Below, piece by piece: positions 28,655-38,675 of a DNA stretch of 64,000 nucleotides. Source of the stretch: a virus (lineage: Duplodnaviria; Caudoviricetes); the IMG/VR virus record IMGVR_UViG_3300043077_000092; one strand, 5' to 3'. Numbering within the stretch: position 1 is the stretch's first letter; every line of letters begins with the position of its first letter. Under the pieces are notes generated by a model. That model worked only from the letters and a program-made list of their open reading frames with translations. It made no database searches and was not told the origin of the DNA. The position numbers and the translations under genes were made by a program.

Positions 28655-30073
28655 TTAAGCTGCCGTACTTTTCTTGATTGCGGCAATACCATCTTTTAAG
28701 AATTGTGACGCCTGTCGTTCCTGAGCACCCCTCACGATGTACATCCCGACTTTGTATGGACGTTCGTCTTTGGACTCAATTGCCCGATTGACACGGTTGA
28801 TTTTGTCTTCGAGATTTTCGGTCATCTTGCAAACAGATTTCTTAGTTGCATCTTCATCGTTGTCATCGATCTGGGCATAAGTCAGCATTACCTTATAGAA
28901 GTCAATAACATCCATGTCTTTATCCAGTACCACTGCTCCAAGTGCCGAATAAATCAAGTCTGCATACATCGCAAACAACGTTACAGATGACTCATATGCA
29001 TCCGCTGAGGAATCGTTCAAATCGATGTCGGACATACCCATCATAGCTACCGACTTGATTAACCGATCGACTGAAACTCCCTTAACGGTTGACTTATGTG
29101 TAGCCGGTAACATGTTACTGAACACTCCCGCATAGAAGTCTACCGCATACTTCTGACTATCTGTCAGCTTGTCAAAACTGCTGTTTACATCATTATCAAC
29201 AATGATATTATTGATGATGGTAGAAACGTGAGGTCTCAGTTTCCCAGCGGTATCCTTAACTTCTTCGTCCGGAGTTGACTCATTAATCCTGAATACCATT
29301 TCACCGACACCTTCAATGAGTTTGGAGAAATCCTTTTCAACGATCTCATAAGTGTCGTTACCGGTAGTGGCGGTATCAGAATCATCGGACTTGCTTTCCA
29401 CATCCTTTGGTTCGGTAGACTCCTCAACAATGACAGGTTCCTTTGCAGGTTCCGTCGCCGTCTGATCCTGATGATGGTTGTTGGACTCTGGTTTCATCGT
29501 CTCGACCGATACATGATCGCCATTCTCATCTGTTGCGAAGTTTCCGTTGAAAGCTTCGATGAGAAGATACTTTGCGATGCTCAGTACGATCACCGATTCC
29601 ATCAAACTCTTAAGCTCACCAGACTTATCTTTGCTATTAAGCCCATCCTGATGAAGTTTCGTTGCAACCTTCTTCACAGACTCAACGTTCTCGGCAATAG
29701 TGATTACTTCACCGATAGTCTGATCGGACTGCTTTGCCTTGGCATAGTTGCCGAACAGAGTTTTCACGAAGAAATCCATCTTTTCATCCGCAGTCTTATT
29801 GCCGCGTTCTGTTCCATGGATGAACTCGTTGTACTCTTCAACCGATGAATCCAGAATCTCGATGAATGGGTTAATCTTGTTACCGATTGTTGCGACAATA
29901 TCCTTACCAATAACGTTGTCGCCGATAACGTCGGAAAGGATGCTTGAATGACCGAGATCTTTGATCATTCTTTTTGTAGGGTTTTTGAATTTTACAAGGG
30001 ACTCTACAAACCCCTTTGAGCCAGCGTCACTCATGATACGTTCCTTTAAGCTACTCATATTCTTCTCTGCCAT
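28655..30073 (-). CDS. Hypothetical helical protein with acidic central linker
   Basis: Start MAEKNM (30073) behind AAGGAGG; TATATTA at 30188-30194. Confidence 0.65.
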   Translation of the reverse strand: MAEKNMSSLKERIMSDAGSKGFVESLVKFKNPTKRMIKDLGHSSILSDVIGDNVIGKDIVATIGNKINPFIEILDSSVEEYNEFIHGTERGNKTADEKMDFFVKTLFGNYAKAKQSDQTIGEVITIAENVESVKKVATKLHQDGLNSKDKSGELKSLMESVIVLSIAKYLLIEAFNGNFATDENGDHVSVETMKPESNNHHQDQTATEPAKEPVIVEESTEPKDVESKSDDSDTATTGNDTYEIVEKDFSKLIEGVGEMVFRINESTPDEEVKDTAGKLRPHVSTIINNIIVDNDVNSSFDKLTDSQKYAVDFYAGVFSNMLPATHKSTVKGVSVDRLIKSVAMMGMSDIDLNDSSADAYESSVTLFAMYADLIYSALGAVVLDKDMDVIDFYKVMLTYAQIDDNDEDATKKSVCKMTENLEDKINRVNRAIESKDERPYKVGMYIVRGAQERQASQFLKDGIAAIKKSTAA

Positions 30074-30279
30074 GTTTTTATCCTCCTTATGGCTTATACT
30101 CTTCCTAAGCATATATACTTGGAAGGTTGAAATTTTTGTCTAGGGGAACATAGAAAATATTTCATCTCCTAGTTGTATCTACAAGTTTAATATAGTTCTA
30201 TAATATTTATGGATTGGATTTATAAACTAAAATAGAGTGATTGAGAGAATACCCAAATTCCTCAATCACTCTTATTCTT

Positions 30280-32556
30280 TTAAGACATATACATCTCAAT
30301 CTGGTCCTTTAACTCACCAGCAATCTTGTCAACAAACTCTTCAAAATTTCCGTCTGTACCAAGATATATCTCTCCAGACTCAAGACTATCCACACGAATC
30401 TTTGCCAGATCGTGAGCAATTACCTGTCGCATTTCGTCTGATGTACAGATGTACTTACGACCATTATAGATATGAGTCTTTACACCCGGTTCTGGAGTCA
30501 AATCCAAGATGTCATATTCCTCACTAAGCTCATAACCCATCTGAAGTAAATGAACCTCAAGCATCTCAACATTCTTATTCGTCATAAGACCAGTTACTGG
30601 TAAGTCATATACTCCTGCATAATTCTCCTGAAGAGCACTTCCAAGAGCCATTCTTGCAACTGGTGAATTTCTCTGGAACAAAAATTCCTTTACGATATAT
30701 TCCGGGTCCATAAACATCAGATTGTTCTCAGTCTCCTGTCTACCAAATCTAACTGGAGTATTGGAATGTCGTATGATAAATTTCTTTGCATCATCAGACT
30801 TATCCGGTAATCCATAGTTGTTAATTGGTCCAGTACTTCTTACAGACAATCCTTTCTTTGAAGACTGCTTCATCTTCATTACATGCATATATCCGACATA
30901 CTCATCCTTAATCTGCCTTACCCATCTCTGAGTATCTTTCTGCCAGAAATAGATACGATATGGCTTTAAGAAGTCGAATGTATCGTATGCCTCATTAACA
31001 CAATCCCACATCAGTTTCTTATGCCAGAATGACTCAATGTGAACATAGATACCATACTCCTCAATATACTCTTTAAAGTAAACCATCTTCTGAGTATCCG
31101 TCTTGTTCTCCTCGATATAATCCTGATAAACTCTGTCAGCCTGATCTTCATTGTAGATACGTAAGAACTTGAAGAATACATCTTCTTTCTCCTTAACGGT
31201 CTTTAATGTCTTTAGGTGTTCTCTTACCTGTCTTGCCTGCGCAGTTACAGACTGCTCATACAACTGGAAGATATTGAGTCGGTTTGGTACACCAAGAGAG
31301 TCGAATATAACATCAACCACTTCCCCATTTCCAAAGTGAGGCATTTCTCTTGTCGGACGTATCTGGGAAATAACTCCCTTATTACCATATCGTCCAACCA
31401 ACTTCTGACCTCTGGACAAACCAACCTTTCTCTTAACCAGAAAATAGATTACAATGTTAGAGAACACTGAGTTATTCTCATCCTTAATCTTATATCCCGT
31501 ATCATCACTCTTATCGAGTAATTCTTTTGCACGTTTGTTCCATTCTTTAACTGCTTTGGATACATTATAACCGCTATCGATAAGTTCCTGAGTAGCTTCA
31601 AGAACTCTCTGATAGAACGATATATCCATATCAATATACCGAAGAACCTGCTGGTTGTACTTTGTATTCGGTATCTGATCACGATGCTTATTGCAATAGA
31701 TGTCAATATCAACAATCGTTCCACTGTTATAGAAGTTCACGTCAGATGGCATTGACTGTTGCATATTTGCACTCTTCATATCAAAGAGTACCTGCGAATT
31801 ATTTAACATTTTCCAAATACATAATCGGTTATCCTTTATGTCTTCTCCGATATCCGGGAAGCATTTGTATACTTCTTCATCCCCATATGCATTACCGAGG
31901 AAATTGTTTTCGTTTAATGTTACCTTTACAAGTTCAACCTCTGTTGAGACAAATGATTTTGCAAATCTGTCTGATACGACAATTGCATCTTCAATCGTAT
32001 ACATATCAAGTCGATACATGAAGTTTACATTCTGCCCAAATCCATAGTTGTCAAACTTATCATATGATGTTGGTCTTGTAAGCGTTGTTCCTTTCTCAAG
32101 TACGTCTCCTTCTTTAAGGTTATCCAGTACGTGATGGTCATACTGAAATCCATATTTTTCAGGAAGGTTTTGTACATCCTGCTTATAAATCAAATCATAC
32201 TCATCTCTTTCTCTATTATAGAAGATAATGAGTGCAGGTTGAGTCTTACTGTCAATTTTTAGTTTGTCGAACTTCGGGATAATCTTCCATACTTCCAAAT
32301 CAGACTTGGCGATTACGTTATACGTGGAACGATGTCCAAACATATTTTCTGAGTTGGTGAATACATATGGAAACTCCGTATTCTCAACAACCACTCTCTG
32401 CAACTGATGATTAACATCCATGATGGTTCTGGATGAGTCAATGTATGCAGGGAATGTCAATGAACTGATACCAAGTATTGAGTTATCCCCCTCATACTGT
32501 TTCTGTTTCTCCTCCAACACCTGCTGAAGAAGAACTCTGCTTTGTGTTAAAGCCAT
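30280..32556 (-). CDS. rpoB: Phage multisubunit RNA polymerase, beta-subunit C-terminal part (probably non-virion RNAP)
   Basis: DSSRTIM..HQLQRV, EDAIVVS, GQKLVGRYGNKGVIS...MP...DVIFDSLGVPNRLN, SVRSTGP, PVRFGRQE. Confidence 0.93.
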   Translation of the reverse strand: MALTQSRVLLQQVLEEKQKQYEGDNSILGISSLTFPAYIDSSRTIMDVNHQLQRVVVENTEFPYVFTNSENMFGHRSTYNVIAKSDLEVWKIIPKFDKLKIDSKTQPALIIFYNRERDEYDLIYKQDVQNLPEKYGFQYDHHVLDNLKEGDVLEKGTTLTRPTSYDKFDNYGFGQNVNFMYRLDMYTIEDAIVVSDRFAKSFVSTEVELVKVTLNENNFLGNAYGDEEVYKCFPDIGEDIKDNRLCIWKMLNNSQVLFDMKSANMQQSMPSDVNFYNSGTIVDIDIYCNKHRDQIPNTKYNQQVLRYIDMDISFYQRVLEATQELIDSGYNVSKAVKEWNKRAKELLDKSDDTGYKIKDENNSVFSNIVIYFLVKRKVGLSRGQKLVGRYGNKGVISQIRPTREMPHFGNGEVVDVIFDSLGVPNRLNIFQLYEQSVTAQARQVREHLKTLKTVKEKEDVFFKFLRIYNEDQADRVYQDYIEENKTDTQKMVYFKEYIEEYGIYVHIESFWHKKLMWDCVNEAYDTFDFLKPYRIYFWQKDTQRWVRQIKDEYVGYMHVMKMKQSSKKGLSVRSTGPINNYGLPDKSDDAKKFIIRHSNTPVRFGRQETENNLMFMDPEYIVKEFLFQRNSPVARMALGSALQENYAGVYDLPVTGLMTNKNVEMLEVHLLQMGYELSEEYDILDLTPEPGVKTHIYNGRKYICTSDEMRQVIAHDLAKIRVDSLESGEIYLGTDGNFEEFVDKIAGELKDQIEMYMS

Positions 32557-32579
32557 AATTTTATCCTCCTATCATGTCT

Positions 32580-32951
32580 CTATAATTTCGTGACTTTAAA
32601 TTTAAATTCCTGATGTTTATATCCATATACATACAACGCACAATGGTCACACCCAACTGTATCATATATAACACATTTCTTACAAATGGTAGACCTGTAG
32701 TTGTTATCAGGGTCTTCATCAGTTCCCTTTTCATCTACTTTTGGTTTAGGTATATCCGTTTCTTCTTTAAATATATTTGATTCTTCCTGTTCTCTCTGAA
32801 TAGGACGTAACGGCTGACCCTGTACTACTTCCGTTACGGAAGTAGTAACTGGGGCTAATCTTTTTGTTGTAACCGAGGTCACCTCAGACTTTGTTTCATC
32901 TTTTTTTGTCTCATCGGGTAAAGGTGACTCGTGTACCATTATATCTATCAT
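32580..32951 (-). CDS. Hypothetical protein with C-terminal Cys cluster
   Basis: CKKC...CDHC; start MIDIMV (32951); TATATTA at 32978-32984. Confidence 0.55.
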   Translation of the reverse strand: MIDIMVHESPLPDETKKDETKSEVTSVTTKRLAPVTTSVTEVVQGQPLRPIQREQEESNIFKEETDIPKPKVDEKGTDEDPDNNYRSTICKKCVIYDTVGCDHCALYVYGYKHQEFKFKVTKL

Positions 32952-32999
32952 GTCTGGTCTCCTTTCTGTCATTACTTTAATATAGTTTCGACATAAGTA

Positions 33000-34253
33000 T
33001 TATTTCACTGAGAACATTTCTCTCATTAACTTCTTAGTTTCAAGCTTGCTTGAACCACCACGAATGATGTCCTTATCGTTTGATATATCTACAATAGGAA
33101 TTAAGTTCATCAGTGGTTCCCTGCACTCTGTGAACAATGCTCTTATGAGGTCAGGCTTATCTGCAAACTCCTTTATGATATATCTGGTATCGAACTTCAC
33201 CTCAGGAGTAGAAGTAAAGTAGCAACCCGGATTTCTTCCAGAGATTAATCCTTTTTCCTTTGCAAATCTCATCAGAGTAATTCTTGAGTCAAATCCAGAC
33301 TCCTGAACAAATTCCATTGTAGTTGAGAAACCACCCTTTGATGTACGAGACTTAATGACATAAGCCTCTGTTGGAACTCCATTCCAACCGTTGACATCTT
33401 CTGTCTTAATATCATCTTTTGATGTAAGTGGTTTAAAGTAGATAATGGAAGATGACAATAACTTTATCTTGTCTCCGCCTGACATATACTTCCCCGATGG
33501 CATAAACGTCATCTGTTTTGGTTTCTGCATACCAGTCATAGTTGGCATTGCATCACCCAAGTGATTGATTACGAACACGTTGATATTGTACCGATACATA
33601 TAGTCCAATGCATTTCTAAAAAATACACCGTTATATATAGCACTTCTACTGCCAGAGGTTAATCCATTAATCATATCAGTAGCCTCTTTCTCTGACATGA
33701 ATTTCATAAGAGAGTCAATGATAATAACCGTTGGAACATAGTAACGATACTCATTTCCCCAGATATCGTGCTGACCTGTATTGTACTTTGCAGTCTCACC
33801 CTTCGCCTCTTTCTCATTGGCAATCTCAATAATCTCTGCAAGTACATTCTCCCACGTACAGTTATCTTTCTCTATATTATAACAAGCCGCAATCTTCTCC
33901 TCGTCCCAGCCACTTACAGCCTGAACACGAGCATAACTTGTACTCTTCTCTCCATCTCTGTGAATAACATAAGCTTCTTCTCCAAATGGTTCAACGATAT
34001 TACAAGCCGCCTGAATTGCCGCTGTTGTTTTACCACTTGAAGTCTGACCAGAAAAGATAGTAAATGTACCAGCAGGAATTCCGACATGAATATCTTTGAT
34101 AATCTCTCCGTCTGGTCTTTTTCTAATATATACTGCACCAAGCATCTGATCTAATACGGGAAACCCCATAGAATATGAGATGGAAATCTCATTACTTGAG
34201 AATAAACCCTTCTTTTCATTCTTTTCTTTTAACTCTTGTAACGCACTTGGCAT
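33000..34253 (-). CDS. recA: RecA/UvsX-like recombinase
   Basis: SMGFPVLDQMLG, GQTSSGKTT Walker A, DGEKS, IIIDSL Walker B, VINHL, SGGDKIK. Confidence 0.88.
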   Translation of the reverse strand: MPSALQELKEKNEKKGLFSSNEISISYSMGFPVLDQMLGAVYIRKRPDGEIIKDIHVGIPAGTFTIFSGQTSSGKTTAAIQAACNIVEPFGEEAYVIHRDGEKSTSYARVQAVSGWDEEKIAACYNIEKDNCTWENVLAEIIEIANEKEAKGETAKYNTGQHDIWGNEYRYYVPTVIIIDSLMKFMSEKEATDMINGLTSGSRSAIYNGVFFRNALDYMYRYNINVFVINHLGDAMPTMTGMQKPKQMTFMPSGKYMSGGDKIKLLSSSIIYFKPLTSKDDIKTEDVNGWNGVPTEAYVIKSRTSKGGFSTTMEFVQESGFDSRITLMRFAKEKGLISGRNPGCYFTSTPEVKFDTRYIIKEFADKPDLIRALFTECREPLMNLIPIVDISNDKDIIRGGSSKLETKKLMREMFSVK

Positions 34254-34406
34254 AACTTAAAGTCTCCTTTCGTTGTTTATTTCTAAATAGATGTATTTTA
34301 CATTGTTATTCTTAAGACAATACAAAAAAAAGAAACAGAGAAGAGTATCGGTAATTAACCGAACCCTTCTCTGTAATATATCTAAAAATTGCGGGATCAC
34401 TGATTC

Positions 34407-35348
34407 TTAACGCTGTCCGTTACGTCTGAAGTTCTTACCACTTCCACCTTTGTTGGAAGTGTTGTCATTTCTGTACTTGGAGGGGAACTTTACACTTGGG
34501 TTTCCGTTTCCACGGGAGTATCCGTTGTTGTTACCACCTCTGCCGTTTCCATTCTTTGCGTTAAAGTTTCCTTTGCCGTGTTTCTGATGATGGTCTTCAT
34601 CTCTGGACTCTTCAGATCTTCTTGCTGAAGTACCCTTCTCGGACTTCTCGTTTAAGATACGCTCGGATTCATCAAGATAATCCTTTGCAGTCTGGGCATC
34701 AACCTCAACAATCTGGTTCTTCACAACCTTGTTCTCGGTTCTTGATCCTAACTGGATTCCGCCGTAGATCTTCTCACCCTGCTCAATGTACATGTAAACA
34801 GGGAACTTGAGATTTGACCAGATGGGCCACTTAACCATAATAAGGGCGATCTGATAATCATCAGTGGATACGATAACCGGCTTACCTGCAAGATTTCTGC
34901 CGTCTACTCTTACGTAAATATTCTCGTCCCCTTCATCCTTAGGGCAAATAAGAACGATCATATCTCTCGGGTATCTCTTTGGTTTGTCACCATCTTCCGC
35001 ATTCTCTTCTACGAGATTCACGTTGATTGGTACAGTAGGATTACCATCCTTTGTCTCGCAGACAAGAGCAATCTTCTCACCCTTTACATAAGCTGCGATT
35101 TCAGTCGGTTTCTCAGCCAAAGCTGTCGATGCCGCATTGTCCACCTTGTATAAGGTATTTGTAACCTTTCCTACATTCTCGATGGAATGTCTGATACTTG
35201 TGGCAAGTCCCGGAACGCTTGACTTTAAGATGTCTACTTCCTCATCATTGGGAAGTATAAGAGTAACCCCACAGTCGTCATTTTCTGTTCTCATGCAAAT
35301 CCCAAAATTGGAATTTGGTTCATCTGTTAAATTTTTGATGAATAGCAT
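34407..35348 (-). CDS. Hypothetical protein with G/N/R/K-rich disordered C-terminal tail
   Basis: GGAGG RBS; tail KNGNGRGGNNNGYSRGNGN...NFRRNGQR; AACA-N6-TAA at 35401-35413. Confidence 0.7.
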   Translation of the reverse strand: MLFIKNLTDEPNSNFGICMRTENDDCGVTLILPNDEEVDILKSSVPGLATSIRHSIENVGKVTNTLYKVDNAASTALAEKPTEIAAYVKGEKIALVCETKDGNPTVPINVNLVEENAEDGDKPKRYPRDMIVLICPKDEGDENIYVRVDGRNLAGKPVIVSTDDYQIALIMVKWPIWSNLKFPVYMYIEQGEKIYGGIQLGSRTENKVVKNQIVEVDAQTAKDYLDESERILNEKSEKGTSARRSEESRDEDHHQKHGKGNFNAKNGNGRGGNNNGYSRGNGNPSVKFPSKYRNDNTSNKGGSGKNFRRNGQR

Positions 35349-35534
35349 TTAATATTACCTCCAAATATGTATGTTTTTGCCAAGTACCTACCATTGGCAA
35401 TTAATTTTCTGTTATATTACTGATAAAATATTATACTGAATCCCCCGTATAGTTCTATCAACTTAGTGAAAAAATATTTCCCGAGTGCATTAAATTCACA
35501 CTCGGGAAATAAGTTCCCATATAGAAATTGTTCG

Positions 35535-36728
35535 TTACGCCAGATAGGTCATCGCCTCTGAATCCTCATCCAATACCTGCATCAAGCCCTTCTTCACGTT
35601 ATCGAACTTAGATGCATCTGTCGATACGAAGATTGTCTTGAGTGCGGTATCATGCTTACGAATAATCTTTACATAAGTCAGGACGTAAGCGATATCCTTG
35701 ATGTCATACTCATCCAACTTGGTGTAAAGCATCTTGATGAAGTCCTTATATACGGCTTCCTGAACATCCGATTCAAATGTTTCTTTAACCGGTGTTGTCA
35801 GGTATTTACCGATAACTTTAAGTGCGGTCTTGCTCTTACCGAAGAACTTTGTATAGAGCATCCCCTGAACCTCATAGTTGAGAACATCCATATTGTCCTC
35901 TGCGTGACTCAGCATCTTATCAAGGAATCTTCCATAGAACGCATCAATGTTCGAACCGTTCCATTCAGTTCCAACCATCGGCATTGCAATGATAAGATCC
36001 AGTGCTAAGTCTTTGGTAACACCCGTCTCCTCAACGATCTCATTGATCTCAGGCTTCCACATACGTGGGAGAATAACCGTTGCATACTTGCGGACTGTAT
36101 CTCCGTGCATAGCCTCGTATCTGGTCTCCAGAGCAATTGACAATGCAAATGCAATGTTTCTCCAGATTCTGTCATAGGTTCCATCCTCTGACCAAACCCC
36201 AGACTCTAACGTACTGTCAAGTGCGTTTGCAAACTGGGATGTACAGATAGTCTTGATTAGGCGGTTCGCTGCATCAATATACATCGGACCATTCTTCTGA
36301 TTGTAGTATCCTTTGATATGCTTAATCGCATCCGGAAACTCATCGATAACAACATCTCTCATTCTCTTGAAATCCTGACTGCTGTCTGTGAAGTCATCGC
36401 AGAATGCATTGATGACACCGGCTCTGCGATCATCTCTCTCCTGAAGAACCTGCTCAGTCTTATCAGACTTGTCCTCATTATTCATAGACTCTCTGATTTC
36501 ATCTGTCAGATAAGACGATCTCATGAACTGATAATCATCATTCGAATATCCTCTCTTGCGATCGTTCTGGTTGTTGTTTCCGTTGTTGTTCTGGTTGTTC
36601 TGAAAGAACCCGCCATTGTTACCGTTCTGACGGTTGTTATTCTTCCGTCCGTTGTTGTTACCATTGTTACCTCTGCGATTGTCAAACGATTCTCCATCCA
36701 GTGTAACTTTTCCATCCATTAAACTCAT
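35535..36728 (-). CDS. Hypothetical helical protein with N/Q/G-rich disordered N-terminus
   Basis: RRGNNGNNNGRKNNNRQNGNNGGFFQNNQNNNGNNNQND; AAGGAGG RBS; TATATTA at 36822-36828. Confidence 0.7.
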   Translation of the reverse strand: MSLMDGKVTLDGESFDNRRGNNGNNNGRKNNNRQNGNNGGFFQNNQNNNGNNNQNDRKRGYSNDDYQFMRSSYLTDEIRESMNNEDKSDKTEQVLQERDDRRAGVINAFCDDFTDSSQDFKRMRDVVIDEFPDAIKHIKGYYNQKNGPMYIDAANRLIKTICTSQFANALDSTLESGVWSEDGTYDRIWRNIAFALSIALETRYEAMHGDTVRKYATVILPRMWKPEINEIVEETGVTKDLALDLIIAMPMVGTEWNGSNIDAFYGRFLDKMLSHAEDNMDVLNYEVQGMLYTKFFGKSKTALKVIGKYLTTPVKETFESDVQEAVYKDFIKMLYTKLDEYDIKDIAYVLTYVKIIRKHDTALKTIFVSTDASKFDNVKKGLMQVLDEDSEAMTYLA

Positions 36729-36836
36729 TTCTTATTACCTCCTTAAAATTTGATTCTGTATGCTTTTAACTTATTTTAGGACGAGATGGAAACGGTTTTC
36801 CATCTCGCCTATGTATTCTTTTAATATAGGTCTGAA

Positions 36837-38084
36837 TTACTTCCCAGCATTCTTCTTATCCATAAAACGCTTGAGTAAATCTTCCTTTGAAGCATCCCCA
36901 TCCTTTGATGCATTGACGGCTGATGTCTCGTCGGCAAAACTCTGCTTTGCTGTAACTGATTTAAGCTTTGAGCTTTCCTCAATCTTGCTAAGCTTTGAAG
37001 TTGCTGCCTTTCTTGATAAGATGCTTTCTTCCAACTTCTTGCTTCTGTTGATGATGCGGTCAATAACCATTGCAGGTTCGGTTAAGCCCGATAATACAAC
37101 AGCGATTTTTCCCTCATCCTCATCGGAGAAGTTTGTAACATCCTTGATATGCTCGCCAAATGTTTTCTGCAAATCATTCTTGATGGCACTCTTAACCGAA
37201 TCGAATTCCTCACCGAGTGAGTACATCAATGCTGATGCTAAGATTTCCTTATCAGAAACCAGTTCTGCATGAGCAGACTCTGTATCGATATGGTTCTTTA
37301 AGGTTTTAATCACAGAACCATCTTCAATGTCTGCCATCTCAAGACCTTCCATAGAATCGATAACGATTCTGCCTGCAACCGATAATACTGTAAGCATATC
37401 ACGCTGGTCGATACCACCTGTTCTTGTCTCGCTAATGAAATCGCCCTGAAGAACTCTCAGGTCATTTACAAACGATTCGTTTACTTTTGCCGCTGCCTTG
37501 TTTGGCGACATCTTGTCAGCAAAACGATTGTTATCGTAGATCATATAGGTCGGGTTCAATGCTCCGATTTCCTTAAGCCAAGACTTTGTACCCTCGAACG
37601 CTGCCGAACCTTCGTCAGAGAAGGGTAACACACCTGCAACGATGAAAACCTTATTCTCGTACATAGACTGGAGTAACTCCAACAACTCTGTTGAAGAACC
37701 TGATCCATAACCGCCGCCAGTACTGGTGGCAATAACGATAACGTCATTGTTCTCGATAACTTTGATAAACTTGTTATCAAGTACGATTCCGGAATCTGCA
37801 AGGAAGAACTGCTTTGCACGATCTCTGTCCTTTCCTGTACCTTTCCCATCACCTACTACAATTTTTACTACTTTCGGGCAAGTGATCAGATCCAAATCTT
37901 TCTGGGAACCATTGATAGCTACACTATCTAACCCCAACTCTTCAGATGCTGATGATGCCAACATGGAACCGCAATTACCTGTTCCGATAACCGCAAGTCT
38001 TAACAACTTCTCCTGCTCAACAGGAGTACTTGCTACTACTGTTGGTACAGTTGTTGTACCTGTTGTTGTTTCCTTTTCACTCAT
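36837..38084 (-). CDS. Tubulin/FtsZ-family GTPase (PhuZ/TubZ-like)
   Basis: VIGTGNCG (T1), INGSQKDL, GKGTGKDR (T3), STGGGYGSG (T4), LPFSDEG, YDNN, IDQRDM (T7); start MSEKET (38084). Confidence 0.9.
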   Translation of the reverse strand: MSEKETTTGTTTVPTVVASTPVEQEKLLRLAVIGTGNCGSMLASSASEELGLDSVAINGSQKDLDLITCPKVVKIVVGDGKGTGKDRDRAKQFFLADSGIVLDNKFIKVIENNDVIVIATSTGGGYGSGSSTELLELLQSMYENKVFIVAGVLPFSDEGSAAFEGTKSWLKEIGALNPTYMIYDNNRFADKMSPNKAAAKVNESFVNDLRVLQGDFISETRTGGIDQRDMLTVLSVAGRIVIDSMEGLEMADIEDGSVIKTLKNHIDTESAHAELVSDKEILASALMYSLGEEFDSVKSAIKNDLQKTFGEHIKDVTNFSDEDEGKIAVVLSGLTEPAMVIDRIINRSKKLEESILSRKAATSKLSKIEESSKLKSVTAKQSFADETSAVNASKDGDASKEDLLKRFMDKKNAGK

Positions 38085-38138
38085 GATAAATTTACCTCCA
38101 TAATATGTATGTTTCTTGGTATGTCTAAAGACCAAGAG

Positions 38139-38212
38139 TCCTATTAATCGGATTCGAACCGATTTTCACAGCACTTAATTTGATGTGAATACTCCATTTA
38201 GATTTTAATAGG
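38139..38212 (-). ncRNA. tRNA-like element (pseudo-tRNA/tRNA mimic) in the tubulin gene leader
   Basis: 7-bp acceptor CCTATTA/TAATAGG + A discriminator; perfect T-arm ATCGG-TTCGAAT-CCGAT; GG in D-loop; aberrant anticodon arm TTCACA-13nt-TGTGAA; no encoded CCA. Confidence 0.7.
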
Positions 38213-38392
38213 CTATATGAAATTGATTACTCCATATAATCGAGAGGCAACCCTTATTGCTAAGAATTACCTCCCATTATAAGTGTACGGGTGATGAACC
38301 CCGTGATGTATACCCATTGTCGCCGTACATAAGAAACATACAGAATTTGGAGTTCGTTTGTTTAACTCATCACGGTTATTTCATCATCAGTT

Positions 38393-38399
38393 TAATATA
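38393..38399 (-). promoter_or_regulatory. Putative early promoter TATATTA, ~310 nt upstream of tubulin start
   Basis: TATATTAAAC. Confidence 0.6.
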
Positions 38400-38474
38400 T
38401 AACTAAAACAAAAGTTGATAGAGTATGGTAACTGATTTTTCTGGTATTACTCAGTCACCATACTCTAAATCCAT

Positions 38475-38675
38475 TTATTCTTCCGTTGTATATCCAACCA
38501 TAGTTGGTCCAACCATAGCCCCCGGAATGGACTCAATACCTGCAACTTCCATTGTTGCTGCAAGACCCGGAAGTGTTCCGCTAGTAGCTACTCCAGCGTT
38601 TGTATACATATTCTGGTTATCATTTGGTACGTTGTTTCCACTACATCCGTAGTGGTTGTCAAATGCATTACTCAT
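38475..38675 (-). CDS. Small hypothetical protein
   Basis: Start MSNAFD behind AAGGAGG, overlapping the upstream stop. Confidence 0.5.
   Translation of the reverse strand: MSNAFDNHYGCSGNNVPNDNQNMYTNAGVATSGTLPGLAATMEVAGIESIPGAMVGPTMVGYTTEE

Noticed and set aside
28655-30073. Chimallin or sigma-like RNAP subunit
   Set aside because: Position next to the beta-C gene is suggestive, but no motif was recognisable by eye; needs a structure search
36560-36690. AAC/AAT-rich stretch as the DGR template repeat
   Set aside because: It is in frame as the Asn-rich N-terminus of 35535..36728 and shares none of the invariant VR sequence (e.g. TGGCTCAGTGCCGTGGCG, ATTCGCCCGTATTTC)
38139-38212. Functional (e.g. 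ochre-suppressor) tRNA
   Set aside because: Anticodon arm has a 6-bp stem with a 13-nt loop, no U33 geometry, almost no variable loop and A instead of U at position 8; kept only as a tRNA mimic
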